Source: an uncultured Thermococci archaeon (GTDB lineage: Archaea; Methanobacteriota_B; Thermococci; Methanofastidiosales; Methanofastidiosaceae). Taken from it: a stretch of 64,000 nucleotides of DNA. Below the pieces are notes generated by a model. It worked only from the letters and a program-made list of their open reading frames with translations, searched no databases and was not told the origin of the DNA. Below are positions 22,040-31,751 of this stretch, in pieces. The translations under genes and the position numbers were made by a program. Where the stretch lies: contig CAZCMP010000002.1 of the NCBI GenBank assembly GCA_964500005.1, forward strand, positions 64,934 through 128,933, written 5' to 3'. The first letter of the stretch is position 1. Each line of letters starts with the position of its first letter.

Positions 22040-23650
22040 TTGGGGATTAACTTGAGCGAATATCTTTTAGAAGTTGAAAACATATCTATTATTTTTGATG
22101 ATAAGAAGATTCTTGACAATGTATCCTTCAAAGTTAAAGAAGGAGAGTCTTTAGGATTACTGGGAAAAAGCGGTAGCGGTAAATCTGTTCTTATAAATAT
22201 ATTGAGAGGAACAAAAGAATATAGGCCAACAGAGGGTAAAATCTTCTATAATATCTCTTATTGCCCTAAATGTATGAAAGTTGACTTTCCAAGCAAAAAA
22301 GGCACAAAGTGCACTAAATGTAATGAAGAAATGGTTCTCAAAAAAGTTGATTTCTGGGAAGAAAAAGCTCTATTTAATCCTATAAGAAAAAGAACTGCAA
22401 TTATGTTGCAACGTACCTTTTCACTTTATGGAGAAAAAACAGTAATGGAAAATATGCAGGATGCTTTTACTGAAACTGAAATGCCAAGAAATATGGTTAT
22501 GCCCAAGATCATAGAACTTCTGCAGAAAGTGAATATGGTCCAAAGAATGACGCATATTGCAAGAGATCTTTCTGGTGGAGAGAAACAAAGGATAGTTCTA
22601 GCAAGACAGCTTGCCATAAATCCAATGTTGCTTTTGGCTGATGAACCAACCGGTACTTTGGATCCTTTGACTGCCAACACAGTTCACAATGTACTTCTGG
22701 ATTCAGTAAAACAAGGGATGTCTTTAATAATTACATCTCATTGGCCTGAAGCGATTGAGTTACTTGCCCAAAAAGCAGTTTGGCTTGAGAGTGGAAAAGT
22801 AATACAATCTGGTGACTCCAAAGAAGTGGTTAAGTCTTTTATGCAAAAATTAATGCCTGAGGAAAAAATAAGATTCCCAGGTATCGGAAGCGGCATAATT
22901 GAACTTTGGGATGTAAAAAAATACTACTACTCTATATCCCGTGGTGTTGTAAAGGCCGTAGATGGAGTTACTTTTACTGTTAATGAGAAAGAGATTTTTG
23001 GAATTGTTGGGAAGAGTGGAACAGGTAAGACTACAGTTTCAAGAATGATTTCGGGAATCACTCCTTTTACTGAAGGTGAGCTTAACGTAAGAATTGGTGA
23101 TGAATGGATAGATATGAAAGAACCCGGATTCTTAGGAAAAGGAAAAGCGATGCTATACATGGGGGTTCTTCACCAAGAATACACTTTGTATCCTGACAAG
23201 AATGTACTTCAAAATTTAACAGATTCCATAGGTATTAAACTTCCGAAAGAATTAGGGAAGATGAAGGTTATTTCTGTTCTTGAGGGTGTAGGTTTTGACG
23301 ATCCAAAAGAACTTGAAGAGATACTAATTAAAATGCCTGATGCTTTATCTGTTGGAGAAAAGCACAGAGTTGCTTTAGCTCAAGTATTAATTAAAGAGCC
23401 AAGAATAGTTATTCTAGATGAGCCTACAGGCACCATGGATCCATTCACAAGGAAAATCGTTGCCAAGTCTATTAGAAGGGCTAGGGAAGTTATAGGTGAA
23501 ACTTTTATAATTGTCACCCATGATTCAGATTTCGTAGTAGATGTTTGTGATAGGGCATGTTACATGAAAGATGGTAAAGTAGTGTTTATTGGAGACCCTG
23601 AAGAGATAAAAGAAAGGATGATTGCTACTAAAGAATCTGAAGAAGAATAA
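22040..23650 (+). CDS. atwA: Methyl-coenzyme M reductase system component A2 (AtwA)-like double-ATPase ABC protein
   Basis: 536 aa with two ABC ATPase domains (GKSGSGKS...LSGGEKQR...LLADEPT and GKSGTGKTT...LSVGEKHR...ILDEPT), no TM domain, and a Cys4 insertion (CPKCMKV...CTKCNEE) in domain 1. TTG start. Confidence 0.7.
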   Translation: MGINLSEYLLEVENISIIFDDKKILDNVSFKVKEGESLGLLGKSGSGKSVLINILRGTKEYRPTEGKIFYNISYCPKCMKVDFPSKKGTKCTKCNEEMVLKKVDFWEEKALFNPIRKRTAIMLQRTFSLYGEKTVMENMQDAFTETEMPRNMVMPKIIELLQKVNMVQRMTHIARDLSGGEKQRIVLARQLAINPMLLLADEPTGTLDPLTANTVHNVLLDSVKQGMSLIITSHWPEAIELLAQKAVWLESGKVIQSGDSKEVVKSFMQKLMPEEKIRFPGIGSGIIELWDVKKYYYSISRGVVKAVDGVTFTVNEKEIFGIVGKSGTGKTTVSRMISGITPFTEGELNVRIGDEWIDMKEPGFLGKGKAMLYMGVLHQEYTLYPDKNVLQNLTDSIGIKLPKELGKMKVISVLEGVGFDDPKELEEILIKMPDALSVGEKHRVALAQVLIKEPRIVILDEPTGTMDPFTRKIVAKSIRRAREVIGETFIIVTHDSDFVVDVCDRACYMKDGKVVFIGDPEEIKERMIATKESEEE

Positions 23651-23713
23651 TTTTATTTTTTAATATTACTTTTTTCTAATAGTATGTTCACTGAATAGAC
23701 TAATCAAAATGGA

Positions 23714-24715
23714 TCATCTTCTTGAGAGAACATGAAGATGCCTTGTAAGGCTTTTATGGACTCTAAAACTATAGATATTTTCAATGTGAAATCCCATCTC
23801 ATCAAATGGGTATAGTCTATCCATCCCGATTACACATCTTTTTTTGAATGACTCTAATATAGAAATGAAACAATCCCGATACATCTTCTCTTTATCTTTA
23901 TCTATTTTAGTTGAACGCCCATAAGGTGCGTCAGTGACAACAGATTCAAATTCTCTTCCAAAGACATCATATATTTTTCTTGCATCTCCAATCCTAACAT
24001 CAAAGTTCTTTATTCCATAATTTGAAAGATTAATTTTTGTACCCGTTACACTTCTTTCTTCTATGTCAAGGCCATAAGTATCAAGACCAATTAATCCTGC
24101 TTCAATTAAAATCCCCCCTGTTCCAGCAAAAGGATCTAGTATTTCCTTTTGTGCCTGAGAGATATTAATCATCGCTCTTGCGATACGAGGATCTATTGAA
24201 GTTGGAGAAAAAAAAGGCCTTAATTGAGGTTTTCTTTTATTAAAGTCCTTTTTATTTCTTTCAAATATTTTTTTCCCGATATATACTCTATCTTTAAACA
24301 CAATTCCTATAATTTCGTCTTTGGGATTTGTTAGATCTGCTTTTATTTTATGTTCAAAATAATTTGATATTGACTTTGCAATAGTCCGTTCCAAATTTCC
24401 ATATTCTTTATCATCTTTATTCTTAACTCTAACCTTAAAAGTTCTTTCAATTCTGAGATATGAATCCCATTGAATTTCAGATAATATTTTATCTATCTTT
24501 TCATCAACAACAAAATCAGAAATAATATCCAATATGAAATGGGTCAAACCTAACCGAGATAGGAAATTTATATTGGTATTCCCAAATTTAATGATCAACA
24601 ATTGTCCTTCGCTATAAGTTATTTCATATTTTATGCCATAAGCATTTAACAAGGAAATAACTTCCTCTTTAGAAAATAGAGTATGGCCTCCAGATAAGAA
24701 AAATAAAATTTTCAT
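23714..24715 (-). CDS. trm11: tRNA (guanine10-N2)-methyltransferase, archaeal Trm11-like (THUMP + class I MTase)
   Basis: 333 aa. The SAM-binding motif DPFAGTGGILIEAG and the catalytic DAPYGRS are characteristic of aTrm11/RlmL-type N2-G methyltransferases. The start abuts the PCNA stop. Confidence 0.7.
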   Translation of the reverse strand: MKILFFLSGGHTLFSKEEVISLLNAYGIKYEITYSEGQLLIIKFGNTNINFLSRLGLTHFILDIISDFVVDEKIDKILSEIQWDSYLRIERTFKVRVKNKDDKEYGNLERTIAKSISNYFEHKIKADLTNPKDEIIGIVFKDRVYIGKKIFERNKKDFNKRKPQLRPFFSPTSIDPRIARAMINISQAQKEILDPFAGTGGILIEAGLIGLDTYGLDIEERSVTGTKINLSNYGIKNFDVRIGDARKIYDVFGREFESVVTDAPYGRSTKIDKDKEKMYRDCFISILESFKKRCVIGMDRLYPFDEMGFHIENIYSFRVHKSLTRHLHVLSRR

Positions 24716-25465
24716 CTATATCTCCATTGGGGCAAGATATAGAGTGAATCGGCCTTCTTCTGCCGTGGGGAACTCAAGTTTCAAGGGAAGTTTTGTTCCG
24801 CCTAGAGATATTTTGACATAATCGGATATTGAATATGAGTTTAGGAAACTTAGAATATAATTTAGATTATATTTTGAACGCTGGATAGTTTTTGATTCAA
24901 ATTTTTTAATAGATTTTGATTCAGACGGTATTTCGGCTAATGCCTTAGATGTATAATCTTCAGATAAAATAGAAATATTATTTTTATGAACTGATAAAAG
25001 AATTGTACCTCCAATTATTGCCATGTCTTTTATAATGTCCTTAAAGGTTTTGCTATCAATTTCAATAAATGTAGAATATCTTGGATTTAATTTTGGAATA
25101 TTAAAATTGCTAGTTGAAAGTAAAGTAAATTCAAAATTTCTTTTAAAATCACTTTCTAAAATTAGTTCGACTTTTCCGGCTTTGGAATTGACATCAATTA
25201 TTAATGATTCACTAGGATAGGCCCTTTTGAATATCTTGGCAAAAGAATCAACATTAACTCCAATAGATTCTTCAACATCTATTTCATACTTATCGAAAGC
25301 TTTAGCAGGCATTAAAAATTCTACTTTTGAGATTAATGATGGATCTGTTCCTTCCAAATATACCCCATTATTGTCTATTGTAACTAGGCATTCTCCTGTG
25401 AGTTCAGATATCGATTCAAGGACTTGTTTAATGGTAGTAATATTCTGTAATACGAAATGTGACAT
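24716..25465 (-). CDS. pcn: DNA polymerase sliding clamp PCNA
   Basis: 249 aa with a two-domain PCNA fold signature and a canonical length and N-terminus. Confidence 0.88.
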   Translation of the reverse strand: MSHFVLQNITTIKQVLESISELTGECLVTIDNNGVYLEGTDPSLISKVEFLMPAKAFDKYEIDVEESIGVNVDSFAKIFKRAYPSESLIIDVNSKAGKVELILESDFKRNFEFTLLSTSNFNIPKLNPRYSTFIEIDSKTFKDIIKDMAIIGGTILLSVHKNNISILSEDYTSKALAEIPSESKSIKKFESKTIQRSKYNLNYILSFLNSYSISDYVKISLGGTKLPLKLEFPTAEEGRFTLYLAPMEI

Positions 25466-25535
25466 TAAAACACGTATAATTTTATGAAAATCGTTATAAA
25501 AGATTTTCGTATAATTTAATCAGATGCTAATTAAA

Positions 25536-28500
25536 TTAATTCTTCTTCTTACCTTTTATTACTTCTTTTGGATCCGGTACTATTGTTGAATTGCTGGAAA
25601 AAAAGCGTTTATTATTTTCCTTTTTCCCTTTAATGACCTCTTTTACATCGGGTACTGGAGTGTAAACGTCATTATTTGTAGATGGTCTTTTTTCAAGTAA
25701 TTCTTTAATTGAAGAAGGTATCTCTGGCGAAGTATTATTAAACTTAAAAGTATTTGTCCAAGAGCCGCCTTTTTTAATAGATCCGTTGCCTTCGTCATTA
25801 AATGGATTTTCTGGTTCACCGTTATTCTTCTTTTGTTTGTACTCTTTATATGCACTCTCAACTGAAGGTGGGAGGCCTAAATCAATATCCTTAGGAACTA
25901 CTCTTCCTTTTATTTCTTTCAATTGCTCTTCTTCAATGTCAACACGTTTCTTATTCTCAAGCTCATCGATTTGATTTAAGATTTTAATTTTATATTCATC
26001 AAGTTCTTTTCTATTCATTAATTCTACACTCTGTTTATTTTCCAATCCTATAATCTTTTCTTGTATTACAATATTTTCTTTCCTTTTTTCAATTTCATCT
26101 AGGGTCTTAGAAATCTCAGACCTTAAAGATTCGATTTCAAAAGAATCAAGAGAAGCCATTTTATCTTCATTTTCTAAAGTTGATTTTAATTCTTCTAATT
26201 CTTTTCTAATTTCCTCTGGATTCATAAAATCCACCTTAGGAGGCCTTATATTAATCACTTCTTCTATCGGTGTAACAGGTGACGATAATTTTATCTCGGT
26301 TTGTACATTATCCTTTTTATATTCCTCTTTTAATGGAGGTAAATTATCTTCTATAATCGGTAATGAATCTAATTCTTTCTTTAATTGATCTTTCTTAATA
26401 TTTTTATCTTCCTTTGGAGAGGATAAATGAGAAAGGGAAAAGGGCTTTTTTTCTAGAGGTATTCCATTCTTTTTCTTTGAGAAAAATTGGAACTTACTGT
26501 TTTGTTTTTGCTTTATTGCAGGAGGTGCAACTCTTTTACCTAGAAGTTCTTGATCAATCTGATCTTTAGTTAAGAAGTTGTTGTCTTCTTTACGTGCTAC
26601 AAATTCGCTGAATTTATTTTCAACTTCAAGGCTTGGAGATGCAGACGCGGGTATTCTTTCGATAGAAGGTACTTTTTCATTTTTAGAGAATTGTTCAGGA
26701 ATACTCTCTTTTTTATTTAATTCTTTAGTTACTGATTTATCTTGGCTTTCAAATGAAGCTGTTGGAATTTTCTTTTCAGATCTAATTCCTTTTTGTTCTT
26801 TTTTAGAAAACAATTTGAATCCTTTTTTGGACTTAACTTCCTTTTTACTATCCTTTTGACTGGGTGGTGATTTCCCGCCTTTAGGAGGAGAAAGTTTATT
26901 GGAAGAACGCCCTCTTGATCCAAGGGATTTATAGACTGAGTATCCAACAACTGACAAAAGTAGAAGGATGACTCCAACAATAATGTAAGGTGCATATGGC
27001 GAGGACTTAATATTTTCTATTGTTTGAGTAACAGATTGAGGGATGCTTGGTAAATTAGACTGAGGAGCTGCTTTTGCAGTAACACTAATTGTTGTTCTTT
27101 CAATGTCAAATGTTTTTGATTCTTGGTAAATATTTGTCCAGTAGAACTTAGAGTCTTCTAAAATAAAAGCTCCTGATTTTGTAGCTTTTATCTGTATTTC
27201 TTTTGATAATTCACTGCCACCTTTAATTTCTTCAATAATAATTTCTTTATCGCCTGAAATTATTTCAAATCCTTGAGGAAGTACTTCAACTAATTTAACA
27301 TCGTAAATATCATCTCTTCCCCAGTTTTTAATATTATAAGTTATCTTTAATGTTTCTCCTTCTTCAATTTCATTGGTCGAGATAGTTCTTGAAATTGAAG
27401 GGCCCCATACTGTGACAATTGTTGGAGACAAAGATTTAGTTCCTTTAACGCCCCACTCATCTTCATATGTTGACAAAGTCTGGCCAATTTGGTATTCACC
27501 GCCCTGAGAGGGAACTAAGGTATACCTTAAAGTAACTCGCTCTTCAGGCTTTAATTGCCCGCCCCAATAGTTAATTCCTGTTGTCACCTGAAGACTAGAG
27601 GGAACTTTATCTTCAATTCTTACATTTTTAGCATCACCATCTCCTGTGTTAGTGATTATTGTAACTACAGGAATGATGTGTCCAATTCTAATAATATCAG
27701 ATTCGTAATCAGATTCTTGTCTACTTAATTGTATATTTGGAGTTCTTCCACCCACAGTAATATTTGTTGATGTTTCAGATTTGGCTTTCTTTCCGGCAAT
27801 ATCCTCAAATTCTGAAGAGGTGTTTATAGTGAATATTTTATCTTTGTTTTCTTGAAGAACCCTAACTGTAAACTTAGTTGTCTTTGAATCTCCTTGTTTT
27901 AGTGTATCTACAAATCCGCCCAATTCACCATCGACAAGCTCTATTTCCCCCGAAACAGTGTTAATATAACTTATTTTCTTAGCAAGTCCATCACCTGTGT
28001 TAGTCAAAGTTAAGACTACATCGACATATTTATAATCTGCAAAAGAATATTCTTCATTGAAGTATTGAATATTGGTAAATGTTACTTTTGGCTCCCCATT
28101 TACTCTTACAGAAGTACCTGATGCAATGTGCTCAAAACTATGGCCTTCAAGATCATAGTATAATAGTTTTGTATCTCCTATTTTATATTCGCCAGGATAA
28201 GAAGCGGTAATAATATACTTATACATTTTTTCCTGTTCCGGTTTTAGTTCAGGGATTGTATATTCTATCCTTTTTGTTTTAGGATCATCAATCAATCTAA
28301 ATCCTTCAGGAACGAAATCAAGAATTTGAACATCTTTTGCAATTTTATTTCCAGTATTTCTTACAACTAATACTACTATAACAGAATCTCCTCTAGATAT
28401 GGTGACTCTATCTAATTTCTTAATTATCTCAAGTCTTGGAAATTCTTTACTAACGGTGACGGGTTCAATTTTTGAAGTTGTTTTGTATTTTTTACCGGCT

Positions 28501-30485
28501 TCGTCTTCAAAGAGTAATTGGGTTTTGAATTCAAATTCTCCCATCTCAAGAGCTTTAACTTTATAGATTAATGTAAACGTTTCATTCTTTAACATTTTAT
28601 CGATATTTGTTGTTGCACTGCCATCGATTAATTCAAATCCATCAGGGATATAATCAATTAAATTTACTTTTGTGGCGGTAATGTCGCCTATATTTTTTAT
28701 TCTGACTTCAATGTCGGTAGTTTCTCCAACAAATAATTTTTCTTTTACAATATTTCGTGTAATTTGAAATTCTGGTTGTTTTGGAACTATTGTGACTAAA
28801 GTTTTATCAGTTTTCGAATAATCTTGGATTACCTCTTCTTCTTTTTCATTGAAATACCCCATTTGGTATGACAAGTCAATTTGTATTGGGGCTACTTTTA
28901 AGTAATCAGTTTGTGGCGCTTTGAATTTGAAAACAATAAGTCTTTTTTCTCCAGGCTCCATAGATTTTATTTCAAGACATGCTTCTTTATCAGATCCACA
29001 ATAGCAGTTATTTCCAGTTAAAAAAGTAAAATCTTTTGCGGTAATGTGAATTTTAACATTTTTTGCAGGTATATCACCAGTATTTTCAATCTCAGTTACG
29101 TACCAAAAATTAGTATCTGATTGAGGCTTTTCAATCAAATTTTCACTTTCAAACTCAAAATCTTCTGGCCTCATTATTGAATGGATTATTGGAGTCCAAA
29201 GAACTGTACTTCCACTCATTCGATAAATTGAAAGTTGTCTAATATTCTTACAAGTGCTATCTTTTCCTATAGTAACAATATCTCCTTCATATAATTGTTC
29301 AAGGTATTGAAATGAACCGTTGACTTCTTTAAAATCATATACATATTGGATATTTTTATTTGGAGCGGATACATTAAAAGAATAAGTTTTATTATCAAAC
29401 TCAACTGACCCCGAGCTTGCATTAATATCAACATCACCCAAGAGTACAGTTCTAATTCCTTCCTTACTACCCCTTAAGAAAGTCCTATCTTTATCATCTA
29501 TCTCTCCAATATATAGAGAGGTTGAATTTATGGAAATTTCAGGTTCCTTTCTTTTAGTTACGGTTATGTTTAGTTTGTATCTATCAAAATAATTGGCATT
29601 TTCGTGATCATTGATTTCATTTATCTTTATCTTAATAATTTCATCTATGTATAAAGTATCCCCTGGCACTACAACTTGCTGAATTACCATAGTTCCTTTT
29701 CTGTATATTTCCAAAATACCCCTTTCTGGTGGCATTAAAGGATGTCTTCTTTGGAGGTCTCTTAGAAGTATTGTGTAATCCCCTACAACTGTGAGATCGC
29801 CAATTTCAATCCAACCCATGAATACTGCATCTGGATCATAGTAAGGCCCCGGCAATAGAACAAAATCTTGAGGAGGGAGGACTAAAGGTGGTGACGGAAC
29901 TGTTACTCTTATTTTTTTTGCAAGCCATCCGATACCAGATGCTTCAATATCATATACACCTTCAACATTTGAAAGGGTATAATTACCGTCCCCAGAAGTT
30001 ACAGAACTTGCCAATACATTCTCCGTTCCAGGGTAGTAGGCTCTTACTATTGCACCTTCAATGGGGGTTACTCCGTCTGGTTGGAAAACTGTTCCTACCA
30101 CACTACCATCTGTGCTAGAAAGCGTGAAGTTATAATCTGGAGAGCATGAAGTTGTGCAAGTACTGGCCAATATAGAAAAAGGATATTCAGATTTAAAACC
30201 TGGTGCATAAGCCCTAACTCTATACATTCCATGCTCTAGAGGGTATATGTAATAGGTACCATTAACATCAGTTATTGCCGTGCCTTTTATTGTTGGGCAT
30301 GCATTGGCATCATTAATGCTATAAGCATCGACTATAGCATTGCTAATACCTTGAGGAGTTGCATTATTATCCGTTACTCTCCCGGATATTACACCTTGGG
30401 CCAAGATTGGAGTTGCGAAGATGCTGATAATAAATATCAACAATATAAATATATTTAGTAAATATAAATAATTGGATTTTTCCAT
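25536..30485 (-). CDS. Giant type-I membrane cell-surface protein with a long Lys/Glu-rich cytoplasmic coiled-coil tail
   Basis: 1649 aa. It begins with a signal peptide (MEKSNYLYLLNIFILLIFIISIFATPILAQG) and two CarboxypepD_reg-like domains (GRVTDNNATPQG...VNGTYYIY). At least six DUF11/CARDB-like repeats follow (NTGDxxAKNV...). A single TM helix (YIIVGVILLLLSVVGYSVY) precedes about 570 aa of low-complexity K/E/S-rich sequence with coiled-coil heptads and a duplicated C-terminal D(V/P)KEVIKGKK(E/K)N motif. Confidence 0.7.
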   Translation of the reverse strand: MEKSNYLYLLNIFILLIFIISIFATPILAQGVISGRVTDNNATPQGISNAIVDAYSINDANACPTIKGTAITDVNGTYYIYPLEHGMYRVRAYAPGFKSEYPFSILASTCTTSCSPDYNFTLSSTDGSVVGTVFQPDGVTPIEGAIVRAYYPGTENVLASSVTSGDGNYTLSNVEGVYDIEASGIGWLAKKIRVTVPSPPLVLPPQDFVLLPGPYYDPDAVFMGWIEIGDLTVVGDYTILLRDLQRRHPLMPPERGILEIYRKGTMVIQQVVVPGDTLYIDEIIKIKINEINDHENANYFDRYKLNITVTKRKEPEISINSTSLYIGEIDDKDRTFLRGSKEGIRTVLLGDVDINASSGSVEFDNKTYSFNVSAPNKNIQYVYDFKEVNGSFQYLEQLYEGDIVTIGKDSTCKNIRQLSIYRMSGSTVLWTPIIHSIMRPEDFEFESENLIEKPQSDTNFWYVTEIENTGDIPAKNVKIHITAKDFTFLTGNNCYCGSDKEACLEIKSMEPGEKRLIVFKFKAPQTDYLKVAPIQIDLSYQMGYFNEKEEEVIQDYSKTDKTLVTIVPKQPEFQITRNIVKEKLFVGETTDIEVRIKNIGDITATKVNLIDYIPDGFELIDGSATTNIDKMLKNETFTLIYKVKALEMGEFEFKTQLLFEDEAGKKYKTTSKIEPVTVSKEFPRLEIIKKLDRVTISRGDSVIVVLVVRNTGNKIAKDVQILDFVPEGFRLIDDPKTKRIEYTIPELKPEQEKMYKYIITASYPGEYKIGDTKLLYYDLEGHSFEHIASGTSVRVNGEPKVTFTNIQYFNEEYSFADYKYVDVVLTLTNTGDGLAKKISYINTVSGEIELVDGELGGFVDTLKQGDSKTTKFTVRVLQENKDKIFTINTSSEFEDIAGKKAKSETSTNITVGGRTPNIQLSRQESDYESDIIRIGHIIPVVTIITNTGDGDAKNVRIEDKVPSSLQVTTGINYWGGQLKPEERVTLRYTLVPSQGGEYQIGQTLSTYEDEWGVKGTKSLSPTIVTVWGPSISRTISTNEIEEGETLKITYNIKNWGRDDIYDVKLVEVLPQGFEIISGDKEIIIEEIKGGSELSKEIQIKATKSGAFILEDSKFYWTNIYQESKTFDIERTTISVTAKAAPQSNLPSIPQSVTQTIENIKSSPYAPYIIVGVILLLLSVVGYSVYKSLGSRGRSSNKLSPPKGGKSPPSQKDSKKEVKSKKGFKLFSKKEQKGIRSEKKIPTASFESQDKSVTKELNKKESIPEQFSKNEKVPSIERIPASASPSLEVENKFSEFVARKEDNNFLTKDQIDQELLGKRVAPPAIKQKQNSKFQFFSKKKNGIPLEKKPFSLSHLSSPKEDKNIKKDQLKKELDSLPIIEDNLPPLKEEYKKDNVQTEIKLSSPVTPIEEVINIRPPKVDFMNPEEIRKELEELKSTLENEDKMASLDSFEIESLRSEISKTLDEIEKRKENIVIQEKIIGLENKQSVELMNRKELDEYKIKILNQIDELENKKRVDIEEEQLKEIKGRVVPKDIDLGLPPSVESAYKEYKQKKNNGEPENPFNDEGNGSIKKGGSWTNTFKFNNTSPEIPSSIKELLEKRPSTNNDVYTPVPDVKEVIKGKKENNKRFFSSNSTIVPDPKEVIKGKKKN

Positions 30486-30650
30486 GTTGCCACCTAGTTG
30501 TGAATATCCAATATCAATTATGATTTAATAACTATATAAAGCTTTTGGTAATATTGATTAACAATACTTATTTTTAATATTTAGAATTAGTAAGTAATTA
30601 ATGTAAATAAGAATTATTTATAAATTATAATTTAATTAAATAATATTTAA

Positions 30651-30869
30651 TTATTTAGAAAGGTTCTTAATTCTAGCAAGACGGGCCCTTAGAATCTCAA
30701 GTTCCTCTCTTGATAATCTACCACCACGTAATCTATCAAGTTCTTCCTTTTGTAAGTAGACTCTAACGCCTAGGATAACATTGATAATTATGCTTATTAT
30801 GGCGATAATAAAAATTATAATCCAACTACTAATCATTGTATCTACTAATGCCATATTTTCATCTCCCAA
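30651..30869 (-). CDS. Small single-pass membrane protein with Arg-rich cytoplasmic helix, overlapping the minD stop
   Basis: 72 aa: one TM (ISSWIIIFIIAIISIIINVILGV) followed by EELDRLRGGRLSREELEILRARLARIKNL. It overlaps the minD 3' end by 11 nt, implying translational coupling. Confidence 0.4.
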   Translation of the reverse strand: MGDENMALVDTMISSWIIIFIIAIISIIINVILGVRVYLQKEELDRLRGGRLSREELEILRARLARIKNLSK

Positions 30870-31629
30870 ATAGTCCTCCCATTAATTTATTAATAGATTT
30901 GGTAGAAGGTTCAAATTCATTCTTCTTTCCCGCTATTTTTTTAGCAATTTCTTTAATAGCTAATGAGGCCGGAGATTTTGAATCCAATAATACAAAGGGC
31001 TTGCCCAAAGTTGTTGATTTCTTTACTATAGGATCCTCTGGTATGTTGCCAATTATTCTAAGCTCTAGTATTGCTTCTATTTCAGGTCCTGAAACTTCAG
31101 TTGGGTCTCCCCTAACTCTGTTCACTATAACCCCAATTATTCTTGTTCCTAGTTTTTCTGCTACTAATTTTATCTTCAATGCATCTGATAAAGAAGTAAT
31201 CTCAGGATTTACAACTAAAAGCATATTTTGTGAAGCCGCGATAGAAGTAACAGCATCCACTTCAAGACCTGGTGGCCCATCAATTATTAACAAATCTACT
31301 TTGTCCACAAATAATTTGAATATTTCATTTATTTTATCAGGATCAGATTTTTTTAGTCTTCTTAAAGATAAACCTGCGGGAACTACTTTTACCCCACCTG
31401 GACCATCATAGACTATATCTTGAGGCATAGCCTTGCCTTCCAAGACATCCTGTATAGTCTTAGGCAATCCTTCCATTCCAAATATCAGCTCAAGATTTGC
31501 CATAGTTATATCTGCATCGAAAATTAAAACATCGAGCCCTACCTCAGAAAGTGCTATGCCTAAATTAGCAGCTATCGTTGTTTTTCCGACTCCACCTTTA
31601 CCGGAGGATATGACTAGCGATTCTCCCAA
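30859..31629 (-). CDS. minD: MinD-type cell-division/septum-site ATPase (archaeal MinD)
   Basis: 256 aa with a deviant Walker A (GKGGVGKTTIAANLG) and a C-terminal amphipathic membrane-targeting helix (KSINKLMGGLFGR). Confidence 0.85.
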   Translation of the reverse strand: MGESLVISSGKGGVGKTTIAANLGIALSEVGLDVLIFDADITMANLELIFGMEGLPKTIQDVLEGKAMPQDIVYDGPGGVKVVPAGLSLRRLKKSDPDKINEIFKLFVDKVDLLIIDGPPGLEVDAVTSIAASQNMLLVVNPEITSLSDALKIKLVAEKLGTRIIGVIVNRVRGDPTEVSGPEIEAILELRIIGNIPEDPIVKKSTTLGKPFVLLDSKSPASLAIKEIAKKIAGKKNEFEPSTKSINKLMGGLFGR

Positions 31630-31751
31630 TAAAATTCCTCCATTGTTTATAAATTAAAAAGTAAGTTAATATATAAAATTATCCCTGATTATTATGAAAT
31701 CTGCAAAATGATGAGGAAAAACTTAAAACAAATGCTAATATCGAGAAATCA

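Noticed and set aside
25536-25660. Imperfect roughly 33-nt tandem repeat at the 3' end of the giant surface-protein gene; 30-nt repeats in the rpl13e tail (13007-13137)
   Set aside because: These are coding-sequence duplications that produce repeated peptide motifs. They are not CRISPR repeats, which would be regular, non-coding and spacer-separated, and not mobile-element termini.
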